A DNA stretch of 64,000 bases, from NCBI GenBank assembly GCA_040388455.1, contig JAZKBX010000038.1, positions 80 through 64,079 of the forward strand. Reading direction: 5' to 3'. The position numbers and the translations under genes were made by a program. The stretch comes from Bacteroidota bacterium. Its GTDB lineage: Bacteria; Bacteroidota; Bacteroidia; 2-12-FULL-35-15. Shown here one piece after another: positions 38,591 to 47,214 of this stretch (position 1 is the stretch's first letter; each line of letters opens with the position of its first letter). The notes under the pieces are model-generated. The model was not told where the DNA came from. It saw only the letters and a list, made by a program, of their open reading frames with translations, and searched no databases.

Positions 38591-41500
38591 ATGGAAATTA
38601 AATTTGAAAAAGGCCTGGATTATCAAAGGGATGCTATCAATAGTGTTGTAGATATATTCGGAGGTCAAGAGATATGTAAAAGTAATTTTACGGTTTACTC
38701 GCCTGAGTATCTTGCTAAGCAAACCAACCTGGTAATGAACGATATTGGTTTTGCCAATAAGCTTCAACTAACTGAAGACCAAATTCTAGAAAATGTTCAA
38801 AAGATTCAACTTCATAATGGTTTGAAGCCTTCTATTTCTGACGAAATTGATAAGAGTCATTACGATTTCAGTATTGAAATGGAAACGGGTACAGGAAAAA
38901 CGTATGTGTATTTACGCTCCATCATGGAGATGAATCGGAAGTATGGGTTTACAAAATTCATCATTGTAGTTCCTTCTATTCCAATTAAAGAAGGAGTTTA
39001 TAAAACTTTAGAAATCACAAAAAAACATTTTCAGGAAAATTATGATGGGATAGATTATAGTTTTTTTATTTACGATAGTTCTCGCTTAAATGAAATCCGA
39101 GATTTTGCAATCAATGATAAATTGCAAATTATGGTAATCAATATTCAGGCATTCAATAAAGACCTTGAAGCTGGAACAAAAAAAGCCTCTCGTATTTTAT
39201 TAGATTATAATGATAAGTTAGGATATACGCCTATTTCATTAATACAAAATACAAGGCCAGTTGTAATTGTTGATGAACCACAAAGTACCATCAGCACGGA
39301 TTTAGCAATGCGGTCAGTTAAAAACCTGAACCCACTTACATTATTACGTTATTCTGCTACTCATAAAGACAAAGTGAATCTTATGTACAAGTTGGATGCA
39401 GTTGATGCTTACAACAAACAATTGGTAAAGCAAATTGAAGTAGCCTCAGTTAAGGTAGAAAACTCAGCAGTAAGCTCAGCATACATCCGTTTGTTATCTG
39501 TAAAAAACAAAAATGGTATTTCAGCAAAAATAGAATTGGATGTAAAAGATAAGGAGGGAAAAGCAAAAAGAATTACAAAAGAGGTAACGCAAAATAAGGA
39601 TTTGCTTCAGCTTTCAAAGCTCCCACAGTATGCTGACTACTTCATTAAGAATATATACTCAGGCGAAGGAAATGAGTACATCGAATTAGGAGATGATACC
39701 ATTTTGAAAATTGGAGAAGCAATTGGCTCAGTTGATGAGAGTGCTATTAAGCGGATGCAGATTAGCAAAACAATTGAAGAACACCTTGACAAAGAACTTA
39801 TATTAAATCCAAAAGGATTAAAGGTGTTGAGTTTGTTTTTCATTGATGCAGTAAAGCATTATCGTGTTTATGATGATGAAGGACATGCAACGAATGGTGA
39901 TTATGCAAAAATGTTTGAAGAGGAATACAAAAAACATATTAAGAAGCCGAAATACAAAACATTGTTTGAAGGAATAAAAGATATAAATACTGAAGCTTCA
40001 GATGTCCACAACGGTTATTTTTCAATGGATAAAAAAACCAAGAAGAGTAACTCAAAAGAAAAATTTGAAGTCTTTAAAGACACGAGTGGTTCTGTGGGAG
40101 CAGATGAAGACACCTACAGTTTGATAATGCGAGATAAAGAGAAATTATTAAGCTTTGAATCTAAACTTCGTTTCATCTTTTCGCATTCAGCATTAAAGGA
40201 AGGATGGGATAATCCTAATGTATTTCAGATATGTACATTGAAAGAGGCTGGTAATTCAGAAACACGCAGAAGGCAGGAAATTGGTCGAGGCTTACGTTTG
40301 GCAGTGAATCAACAAGGAGAAAGAGTTTATGGTTTTGAAACCAACAAACTCACAGTAATGGCAAGCGAATCGTATGAAGACTTTGTTGATGGATTACAAA
40401 AAGAAATTGAAAAAGAAACAGGGATTACTTTTGGTCAGTTACAATCACACGGGTTTAACAACGTGGTGGTTCAAATGATAAACAATGAACCTGTTTTCCT
40501 AGGTCAGGAGAAATCAGAAGAACTTTATAATTACTTACTGCTTAAACAATATATTGATGCAAAGGGTAAGGTACAAAACCTTTTAAGAGATGATTTAAAA
40601 GCTGGCACTGTTGATTTAGGACAGGAGTTTGAAGCACATGTTGCCAGCCAGATAATTGAAACCCTTAAACAAACAGCAGGTAAACTTGAAATTAAGCGTA
40701 ATGAAGAAAAGAAAACAGTTAAAGTAAAAGAAGCAGTTTTAGATGACCCTGAATTTAAAATGCTCTGGGACCGCATTAAATACAAAACTACCTATTCTGT
40801 TCAGTTCGACTCTCAAAAGCTCATAGAAGCTTGTATAAAGCATATCAATGACCGTTTAATTGTAAGCAGTGGCAAACTTATTTACAACAAAGTTGACCTA
40901 CAACTTACCAAGGGAGGTTTAATAGCCTCAGAACCAAAAAATGAGTACGGAAGAGTAAACCAGGAAGTAAGCGTATTACCTGACATTGTAAGCTACCTTC
41001 AAAATGAAACTCAATTAACCAGAAAGTCGATTGTAAAAATTCTTCAGGGGTGTACAAACATAAATTATTTCAAAATAAATCCGCAAAAATTTATTGAAGG
41101 ATGTATTGATATTATAAACGAGCAAATGCGTTTGCACATCGTGGATGGAATTGTTTACAGGAAAATCGGAGACAACATTTTTCACAGCCAGGAACTTTTC
41201 AAAACTGAAGAGCTTACTGGTTACTTGAAATCAAATATGATGGCAAGCACCAAATCTCCTTATGAGTATGTAGTTTTCGATAGCGGAATTGAATCTGAAC
41301 TTGCTAAAGAGTTTGAGAAAAACACAAATGTAAAAGTGTATGCGAAGCTACCAAGATGGTTTACAATTGAAACCCCGCTTGGTAATTACAACCCAGATTG
41401 GGCAGTTTTATTTGAACTCGATGGTGAAGAACAATTATTCTTTGTAGTCGAAAGTAAAGGTTCAATGGGCTATGAATTCCTACGACCATCTGAGCAAGGT

Positions 41501-41617
41501 AAAATTGATTGTGGTAAAGCTCACTTTAAAGAGCTTGCCAAAGAAAGTAAGAGTAATGTGAAATTGGTTTACATCAGCACTATGGATGATTTTACTAATA
41601 TTGCGATGGGGGCCTAA
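38591..41617 (+). CDS. res: Type III restriction enzyme Res subunit (DEAD-like helicase + PD-ExK nuclease)
   Basis: Start taken at MEIKFEKGLDYQRDAINSVVDIFGG, a typical Res N-terminus. Motifs ETGTGKT and VIVDEPQS, plus C-terminal YNPDWAVLF...FFVVESKG. Confidence 0.85.
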   Translation: MEIKFEKGLDYQRDAINSVVDIFGGQEICKSNFTVYSPEYLAKQTNLVMNDIGFANKLQLTEDQILENVQKIQLHNGLKPSISDEIDKSHYDFSIEMETGTGKTYVYLRSIMEMNRKYGFTKFIIVVPSIPIKEGVYKTLEITKKHFQENYDGIDYSFFIYDSSRLNEIRDFAINDKLQIMVINIQAFNKDLEAGTKKASRILLDYNDKLGYTPISLIQNTRPVVIVDEPQSTISTDLAMRSVKNLNPLTLLRYSATHKDKVNLMYKLDAVDAYNKQLVKQIEVASVKVENSAVSSAYIRLLSVKNKNGISAKIELDVKDKEGKAKRITKEVTQNKDLLQLSKLPQYADYFIKNIYSGEGNEYIELGDDTILKIGEAIGSVDESAIKRMQISKTIEEHLDKELILNPKGLKVLSLFFIDAVKHYRVYDDEGHATNGDYAKMFEEEYKKHIKKPKYKTLFEGIKDINTEASDVHNGYFSMDKKTKKSNSKEKFEVFKDTSGSVGADEDTYSLIMRDKEKLLSFESKLRFIFSHSALKEGWDNPNVFQICTLKEAGNSETRRRQEIGRGLRLAVNQQGERVYGFETNKLTVMASESYEDFVDGLQKEIEKETGITFGQLQSHGFNNVVVQMINNEPVFLGQEKSEELYNYLLLKQYIDAKGKVQNLLRDDLKAGTVDLGQEFEAHVASQIIETLKQTAGKLEIKRNEEKKTVKVKEAVLDDPEFKMLWDRIKYKTTYSVQFDSQKLIEACIKHINDRLIVSSGKLIYNKVDLQLTKGGLIASEPKNEYGRVNQEVSVLPDIVSYLQNETQLTRKSIVKILQGCTNINYFKINPQKFIEGCIDIINEQMRLHIVDGIVYRKIGDNIFHSQELFKTEELTGYLKSNMMASTKSPYEYVVFDSGIESELAKEFEKNTNVKVYAKLPRWFTIETPLGNYNPDWAVLFELDGEEQLFFVVESKGSMGYEFLRPSEQGKIDCGKAHFKELAKESKSNVKLVYISTMDDFTNIAMGA

Positions 41618-41636
41618 TTAATTTAATTTATAAAAA

Positions 41637-42632
41637 ATGAAAAGACTACTACAGATAAATTTCAGGAACGTAATTAATCAAGCGGTGATTGAGGCCTGGA
41701 GAAGAGTTCCGAGTGGCCCACATGAACCAGATTTTATTGCAAGTCTTGTATTATCTGGCACTCCAGGTTTTCACAACGCAATTATTGCCACCTCTGGTAT
41801 CTGGAGCAAAGTTAATACTGTTGGAGTCTTTTGTCACCAGTCGCCAATGGTAAAGTACATGGATGGAGTAACAGAAAGAAGATGTGAGTTAGGCGATGTT
41901 CTTTGGTGTCATTTTCATACCAATAAAGAGGGCGATACTTTTCGAAATGCTATTCTTTTTCAGTCTAAAATGTCTGCCACTTTGACTCCTGCAATCCACT
42001 ACAATGATACACAACTTAAACTGTATCGTGAATGGCCTCAGTACGAATATTGTCGTTCAGGATCCTTGAATGGTCAAGTCAGAAATCTATTACCTAAACA
42101 GCCTCATGCTGGTGCGCAATATATGTTTATTGATAATAGCCCCATAACAAATCCGAGTTTGGGTGTGCAAAATTTAAATCCGTATACTACATTTCCAATT
42201 GGAACAACAACCATTTCTCCACTACTTCTCGGTAATACTCCTTTGGAATTAGAATTAGTCCGATTCTTGTTTTTGGGCAGTGGACGGTCTTTTGATTCTT
42301 ACCGCAACAGAAATGCATCTGATGAATGGACCAAAATTATTTGGGACTTGTTAAGAAATGGAATGAGCCGTGCATTTAATCGCAGAAGAGCGGGATTCAA
42401 TAATTCACCAAGAATAAGTCGTTACAAAAGCAGTATGGATGGCATGTTAACTTTTACTGGTTCATCTGATGACATAAGCTCTGGACTTGATGGTGAGTTC
42501 TACAATGAATATAAAGATTTATTTTCTTCGGATGATGGAGGGAACAAAGAAAACAATTATACACCAGAAGATAAAGAAGGTGGAGGGGCTCCTTCGATAA
42601 TTATTTTCAGAACAAATGAAAGTAAGGGATAA
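41637..42632 (+). CDS. Hypothetical protein, possible degenerate PD-(D/E)xK-like core, disordered C-terminus
   Basis: 331 aa, starting 19 nt after the res stop on the same strand. No family recognised. Contains the segment CELGDVLWCHFH...NAILFQSKM. The tail is rich in G/S/D/N. Confidence 0.6.
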   Translation: MKRLLQINFRNVINQAVIEAWRRVPSGPHEPDFIASLVLSGTPGFHNAIIATSGIWSKVNTVGVFCHQSPMVKYMDGVTERRCELGDVLWCHFHTNKEGDTFRNAILFQSKMSATLTPAIHYNDTQLKLYREWPQYEYCRSGSLNGQVRNLLPKQPHAGAQYMFIDNSPITNPSLGVQNLNPYTTFPIGTTTISPLLLGNTPLELELVRFLFLGSGRSFDSYRNRNASDEWTKIIWDLLRNGMSRAFNRRRAGFNNSPRISRYKSSMDGMLTFTGSSDDISSGLDGEFYNEYKDLFSSDDGGNKENNYTPEDKEGGGAPSIIIFRTNESKG

Positions 42633-42752
42633 TTTTTTAATCGAAATTAACTAAATTGAAATAAAGTTGAAGTGGTTTTGAAGTGCAGGAGGGGTAAAGT
42701 AAATGTTTTGCAACTACCTTAACTAAAACTTTTATTTTAAAAATAGGAATTT

Positions 42753-44384
42753 ATGCCATTAAGAAAAACATCTATATATAAATACTTGGAACCTGATTAC
42801 AGATACAAAGAAAAATATTGGCCAATTCTCACTGACTTTGTTAAAAAAAAATATGGTGATTCAGAAATTACATCACTAGTTGCGGTTCAGGAAACTCTAA
42901 AAGAGTGCTTTTCGATACTTTGTAAAGAATTTATTGTAGTACTTAAAAAAGAAAAAAGAGCTTCATTTTTCATATTTGTTCAAGACCTTCATGAGGACTC
43001 TATTGACATGTGGCGAGCACAACTTAACGGAGATAAATTTCCAATAAACCAAGAAGACTTCGCGGCTACAAGAAGAATTATGAAATATATTCTTGAACAG
43101 GGGTGTGGTTTGGATTTGATCGGCCATGATTTCTTTTTTAAAGAAATAAATGAACAGATTGAACCTTACACTAAACATCTCGAAGAGCTTGTTTATATAG
43201 GAACTTGGGCGTTTACGATAAGTGAGTATATTGCTCGTAGCCAAATTTGCAATCATTCCGTAAGTTTGAAAGTAGAAAACAATGAGTTTGTAATTAATGT
43301 GAAGCCCCCCTTCAATTCTCTTTTTAGCTTCATATTTGCAGACAACCAACGACACAATAAAGCAGTAGTAGTATCAAATTCAATTATTGAACTGAAGAAA
43401 ATACTGAACGATGATTTGAAAACTAATTATGATTATTTGTGTGGAGCTGTTTTTGGTCAGCTTCAAGATAAAAAATTCAGATTTTCAATATTTAAACTCG
43501 ATGAGCTGATTAAAGAATTAATAAAAAAGCATGGATACTCAAAAGATGTAGTGGAAATTTTTTATTCTGGATTGATGGTTAATAAAAACAATGTACTTAG
43601 TATTGAGGATTGCATATTGAAAACCCAAGATAGCAGGCGGTATATGTACAGACCGATATTAGAATATACTATTGACGAAAAAACCTTTTGGATAATCGGA
43701 GCAAATAAATGGTCCGAAAGTTTGACTGCACTGACAACTAATTGTATCCCTTTTGGTCAATTTCCTGATGAATGGAAACAATTGATTCCAATATGTGATT
43801 TCTGTAATAGAATAATGAACACCCATGACGTAGTGCTTGAAGAACCAGCTATCGAAATAATTAAGAATGTTAATTTTAAATTTGACAGAAATATAAAGTC
43901 GTTAAAAAAGACCAATAATCAAGGTGTTAGCATAATAAAAAAAAACGTTGGTGAAATTGACCTCGTTTTTATAGATGAAAAAAACAAGTTGATTTATGTT
44001 GCCGAATGTAAGCACAATAAATCCAGATTTGAATACAATAACTGGAAAAGGGACATCTCAAATTTCAGGTCTAAGTATGAAAGCCAATTGAGCAATAAAT
44101 TTAACTGGATTTCCAATAATAAACTTCCCTTGCTCGAACATTTTGAAATTTTATACGCCTGCAAAATTGAAAGTCAGGAGAATTACAATGTGATTCCTCT
44201 TTTTATTATTAATGCTCCAACACTATATATGTATGACAGCGAATATCTGGTCGTAACCTTACACGATTTAGAATTACTTTTAAGTGGCAAACATGTTACC
44301 CATGAATTTAATGGGGAAATAAATGGGAAAAAAGTAAATATTAAAAAACCATATTTACAAAATGCAGAAAAGCTTTTTATTTAA
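42753..44384 (+). CDS. Hypothetical protein with C-terminal PD-(D/E)xK (NERD-like) nuclease motif
   Basis: 543 aa. The roughly 340 N-terminal residues match nothing I recognise. The C-terminal part carries GEIDLVFIDEKNKLIYVAECKHNK (D...ExK). Confidence 0.6.
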   Translation: MPLRKTSIYKYLEPDYRYKEKYWPILTDFVKKKYGDSEITSLVAVQETLKECFSILCKEFIVVLKKEKRASFFIFVQDLHEDSIDMWRAQLNGDKFPINQEDFAATRRIMKYILEQGCGLDLIGHDFFFKEINEQIEPYTKHLEELVYIGTWAFTISEYIARSQICNHSVSLKVENNEFVINVKPPFNSLFSFIFADNQRHNKAVVVSNSIIELKKILNDDLKTNYDYLCGAVFGQLQDKKFRFSIFKLDELIKELIKKHGYSKDVVEIFYSGLMVNKNNVLSIEDCILKTQDSRRYMYRPILEYTIDEKTFWIIGANKWSESLTALTTNCIPFGQFPDEWKQLIPICDFCNRIMNTHDVVLEEPAIEIIKNVNFKFDRNIKSLKKTNNQGVSIIKKNVGEIDLVFIDEKNKLIYVAECKHNKSRFEYNNWKRDISNFRSKYESQLSNKFNWISNNKLPLLEHFEILYACKIESQENYNVIPLFIINAPTLYMYDSEYLVVTLHDLELLLSGKHVTHEFNGEINGKKVNIKKPYLQNAEKLFI

Positions 44385-44422
44385 ATATTTCAATAAAATA
44401 TTAAGTAAATAAAATAAAAAAC

Positions 44423-45334
44423 ATGATAGATTTTATTGGAGACATCCACGGACATGCGGACAAACTTGAAGCCTTACTTATAAAGTTAGGATATACCATA
44501 AAAAACGGAACATATTTTCATCCTGAAAGGAAAGTATTGTTTGTAGGGGATTATATTGACAGAGGGCCCAAGATAAGAGAAACGCTGGATATTGTAAGGA
44601 GAATGGTGGAAAGTGAAAATGCAATTGCCTTAATGGGTAATCATGAATATAATGCTTTATGTTTTCATTTTCAGGAAACTGAAGGAGGGCATTTACGCAA
44701 ACATTTAATTAAAAACATCATCCAGCATTATGAAACATTAAAACAATTTCAAAATAGACAAAAAGAATATGAAGATTATTTAGAATGGTTTAAAACTCTC
44801 CCGTTGTTTTATGAGACAGATAAATTTAGAGCTGTTCATGCTTGTTGGGACAATAACCACATTGATTATTTGCGTCAGCAATTATCAAATGATAAACTTA
44901 CAGATGAATTAATATACCAATCTGTAAAAAAAGGAACACAACTCAACCTCGCAATTGAAGACACTTTAAAAGGCAAAGAAATAACAATGCCGAAAGATCT
45001 TGATTTTACGGATAAAGATGGCACTAAAAGAACTGAAATAAGAATAAAATGGTGGGAGGACCCAGCGCATTCAACCTATAAATCAATAAGTGTTGAACCC
45101 CTGGAAAATTTGCCTGAAAGCCCTGTTGAAATATCCTTATTTAATGATTCTAATTATTACAGCAAAAACAATAAAGCTGTTTTTTTCGGCCACTACTGGC
45201 TTAAAGGAGCCCCGACACTTTACAGAAATAATATTTGCTGTTTAGATTATAGTGTTGCAAAACAAGGGCATTTGGTCGCTTACAGGTTGGATGAAGAAAA
45301 AGACCTTAGCACCAATAAAATGGTCTATGTATAA
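44423..45334 (+). CDS. PPP-family metallophosphoesterase (ApaH/PrpE/lambda-phosphatase-like)
   Basis: 303 aa. Motifs GDIHGH, GDYIDRGP and GNHE. Confidence 0.8.
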   Translation: MIDFIGDIHGHADKLEALLIKLGYTIKNGTYFHPERKVLFVGDYIDRGPKIRETLDIVRRMVESENAIALMGNHEYNALCFHFQETEGGHLRKHLIKNIIQHYETLKQFQNRQKEYEDYLEWFKTLPLFYETDKFRAVHACWDNNHIDYLRQQLSNDKLTDELIYQSVKKGTQLNLAIEDTLKGKEITMPKDLDFTDKDGTKRTEIRIKWWEDPAHSTYKSISVEPLENLPESPVEISLFNDSNYYSKNNKAVFFGHYWLKGAPTLYRNNICCLDYSVAKQGHLVAYRLDEEKDLSTNKMVYV

Positions 45335-45440
45335 ATAATTTAGGAAGTTCTCGAAAAAAAATGAAACCAATTAACAATCCTAAAAAAATGAAACTAATTA
45401 ATAGCCTTAAATGGAATAATTCTAGGCAATTAATTTTAGT

Positions 45441-45635
45441 TTACACTTTGTCATATTCGTCAAGGTATTCTCTTAAGTCCCGTCCTTGCGTGTGAATGCA
45501 CTCACAGAATTTTACTCCAGCTACTTCGTTGTCGGTGCCTGTAAACTGTTTCTCACAATCGGAAAGCGAGTTTCGTGGCATTATTTCGTGACCGTAGATA
45601 AAGTAGAGGATGAAAACTCCAACTAATATTATCAC
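45441..45635 (-). CDS. Small hypothetical membrane-anchored protein
   Basis: 64 aa with one N-terminal hydrophobic helix. ATGA overlap with the upstream small ORF. Confidence 0.3.
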   Translation of the reverse strand: MIILVGVFILYFIYGHEIMPRNSLSDCEKQFTGTDNEVAGVKFCECIHTQGRDLREYLDEYDKV

Positions 45636-45910
45636 TCCCCAAAAAACAGTGTCGGGAATTTGTTGCTGTACTTTTGGGGTTTCTCTAATATGAGAGGGTC
45701 AGAAACCTTTTTGAATGGTAAAATGAATTTTATTCTGTCGTAGTTCCAAAAGAGAACGCACAGGTTTGCCAATACCATCAAAGGTGCGGTCATATATGAG
45801 CCTTCAAAACGAACTGCAAACGAAAGAATGCAGATGTTCAAAATAATTGGGAGGTACAGCATGGCTCCAATGTCACTGTCCTGGGAATTAGCAACAGAAT
45901 GGCCGCTCAA
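45632..45910 (-). CDS. Small hypothetical membrane protein
   Basis: 92 aa with two hydrophobic segments. The start is uncertain (internal Met at MLYLPII). Confidence 0.3.
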   Translation of the reverse strand: MSGHSVANSQDSDIGAMLYLPIILNICILSFAVRFEGSYMTAPLMVLANLCVLFWNYDRIKFILPFKKVSDPLILEKPQKYSNKFPTLFFGE

Positions 45911-45961
45911 TGAATGTGTAGTAATAACCCGTGTGTTGTAGTGTCTCTAAATAATGTCCCA

Positions 45962-46307
45962 TTAGATGATTGACCGATAAGTCACTAGCGAACCGCTCGC
46001 CTCATTATGCTCTTCATCTTTTGCACCATACACTAATGTTACTATTCCCTTCTTCATCTTTCCCTTCAAAAACGACACCTGCTCTTCGTTCTCTTTAAGT
46101 TCTTGGTGATAACATTTCTTGAACTCTTGCCATTTATTGGGGTCGTGCCCAAACCCTTCTCGAAGCATTGTACTGGGCGCAATATCCTTTAACCTTAAAT
46201 CAACACTAGCCTTTTCTTTTGTCAGACCTCTTGGCCCAGAGCCTGTCCACGAGAATACGCATGCCATCTCCTTTATCCGGCTTTTCATACACTCTTTTGA
46301 TTTTCAT
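45962..46307 (-). pseudogene. DUF488 (YeaO-like) gene interrupted by a 1-nt frameshift
   Basis: From the ATG at 46307 the minus strand reads MKIKRVYEKPDKGDGMRILVDRLW, then goes out of frame. The track ORF frame continues ...GPRGLTKEKASVDLRLKDIAPS...VTLVYGAKDEEHN. Deleting one G in ctctgggcc (about 46233-46238) restores the canonical RILVDRLWPRGL. Confidence 0.75.
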
Positions 46308-46537
46308 TTTGCTTTATTTGGTTTGTGTTCAAGAATATAATCTTCCAATATGGAAGTAAGTGAATCATAGTATGCCTTTAAATTTATAATTTTTATTTTA
46401 GGGTGTGCTTTATTGGGAATTGTAATCGGCATTTCTCCTAAATATTTAGACAGCTCGGGATACTTTTCCATTATGGTCATCGTAATTTCCAGTATTTTGG
46501 CATTAAGTTCTTTTTCTGTTTCCATAACTTTTGTCAT
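46304..46537 (-). CDS. Hypothetical small protein
   Basis: 77 aa, helical. ATGA overlap with the DUF488 start supports it as a real gene. Confidence 0.45.
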   Translation of the reverse strand: MTKVMETEKELNAKILEITMTIMEKYPELSKYLGEMPITIPNKAHPKIKIINLKAYYDSLTSILEDYILEHKPNKAK

Positions 46538-46545
46538 TTATTCAA

Positions 46546-47214
46546 CTAAAACGCTTCTTTGATAATTGATTTTTTATCCACCTGCAAATTCACTAATATC
46601 TTCTCTATTACATCCATCATTGGCGGAGGTCCGCATACATAAAACAGTTTGTTTATTCCTCCACTGTTTGCTTTAATAAAACCTTCGGTGATGTGTCCAT
46701 TACCATATCCATCAAGTTTTTCATCAGATAATATGTTGATGAAATTAGTCCCTAATAATTTTTTAAATTCACCTTCAAGTATTATGTCGGCTTTGGTTTT
46801 ATTGGCAAAGAAGAGCTTGTTATTACCAATTTTGTTTTTTGATTGAAGGTACCTAAAGATAGAAATGAAGGGGGTAACACCTGCTCCCCCGGCAATAAAT
46901 ACACCTTCTCCTTTGTATGCGATTGCGCCAAACACATCATGCAAAATCAATTCATCATCCTTTTTAAGTAGCAGAAGCTCATTGGTAACGCTCTTATGCG
47001 AAGGATAAGTTTTGATGGTAAACTCAATACAATCGTTCTCGGGAAGGCAAGTGAATGTGAATGGCCTTTTTTTATCCTTCCAACCGTTTTTGTTTATGGA
47101 AACATCGGTAGCTTGTCCAGGAGTAAATGTATAGTTAGATGGTTTTGTAGTTACAATTTGAAGTACATCGTGTGTAACATTTTTTATTGATACTATTTTT
47201 ACGTGATGTTTCAT
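46546..47214 (-). CDS. FNR-family FAD/NAD(P)-binding oxidoreductase
   Basis: 222 aa. Contains RPFTF (FAD-binding site) and GGAGVTPF (NAD(P) site). Confidence 0.7.
   Translation of the reverse strand: MKHHVKIVSIKNVTHDVLQIVTTKPSNYTFTPGQATDVSINKNGWKDKKRPFTFTCLPENDCIEFTIKTYPSHKSVTNELLLLKKDDELILHDVFGAIAYKGEGVFIAGGAGVTPFISIFRYLQSKNKIGNNKLFFANKTKADIILEGEFKKLLGTNFINILSDEKLDGYGNGHITEGFIKANSGGINKLFYVCGPPPMMDVIEKILVNLQVDKKSIIKEAF

Noticed and set aside
30803-41617. Classifying the SNF2 + methylase + helicase cluster as DISARM or BREX.
   Set aside because: There is no DUF1998 (DrmB), PglZ, PglX-type or Lon-like gene. The Mod and Res motifs fit a type III-like core instead.
45353-45489. Tandem aaaaaaatgaaac(c/t)aattaa(c/t)a repeat and the 42-codon ORF starting at 45361.
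   Set aside because: The peptide has no features, and the repeat is a short AT-rich duplication. It is mentioned only because it overlaps the possible right-hand boundary repeat.
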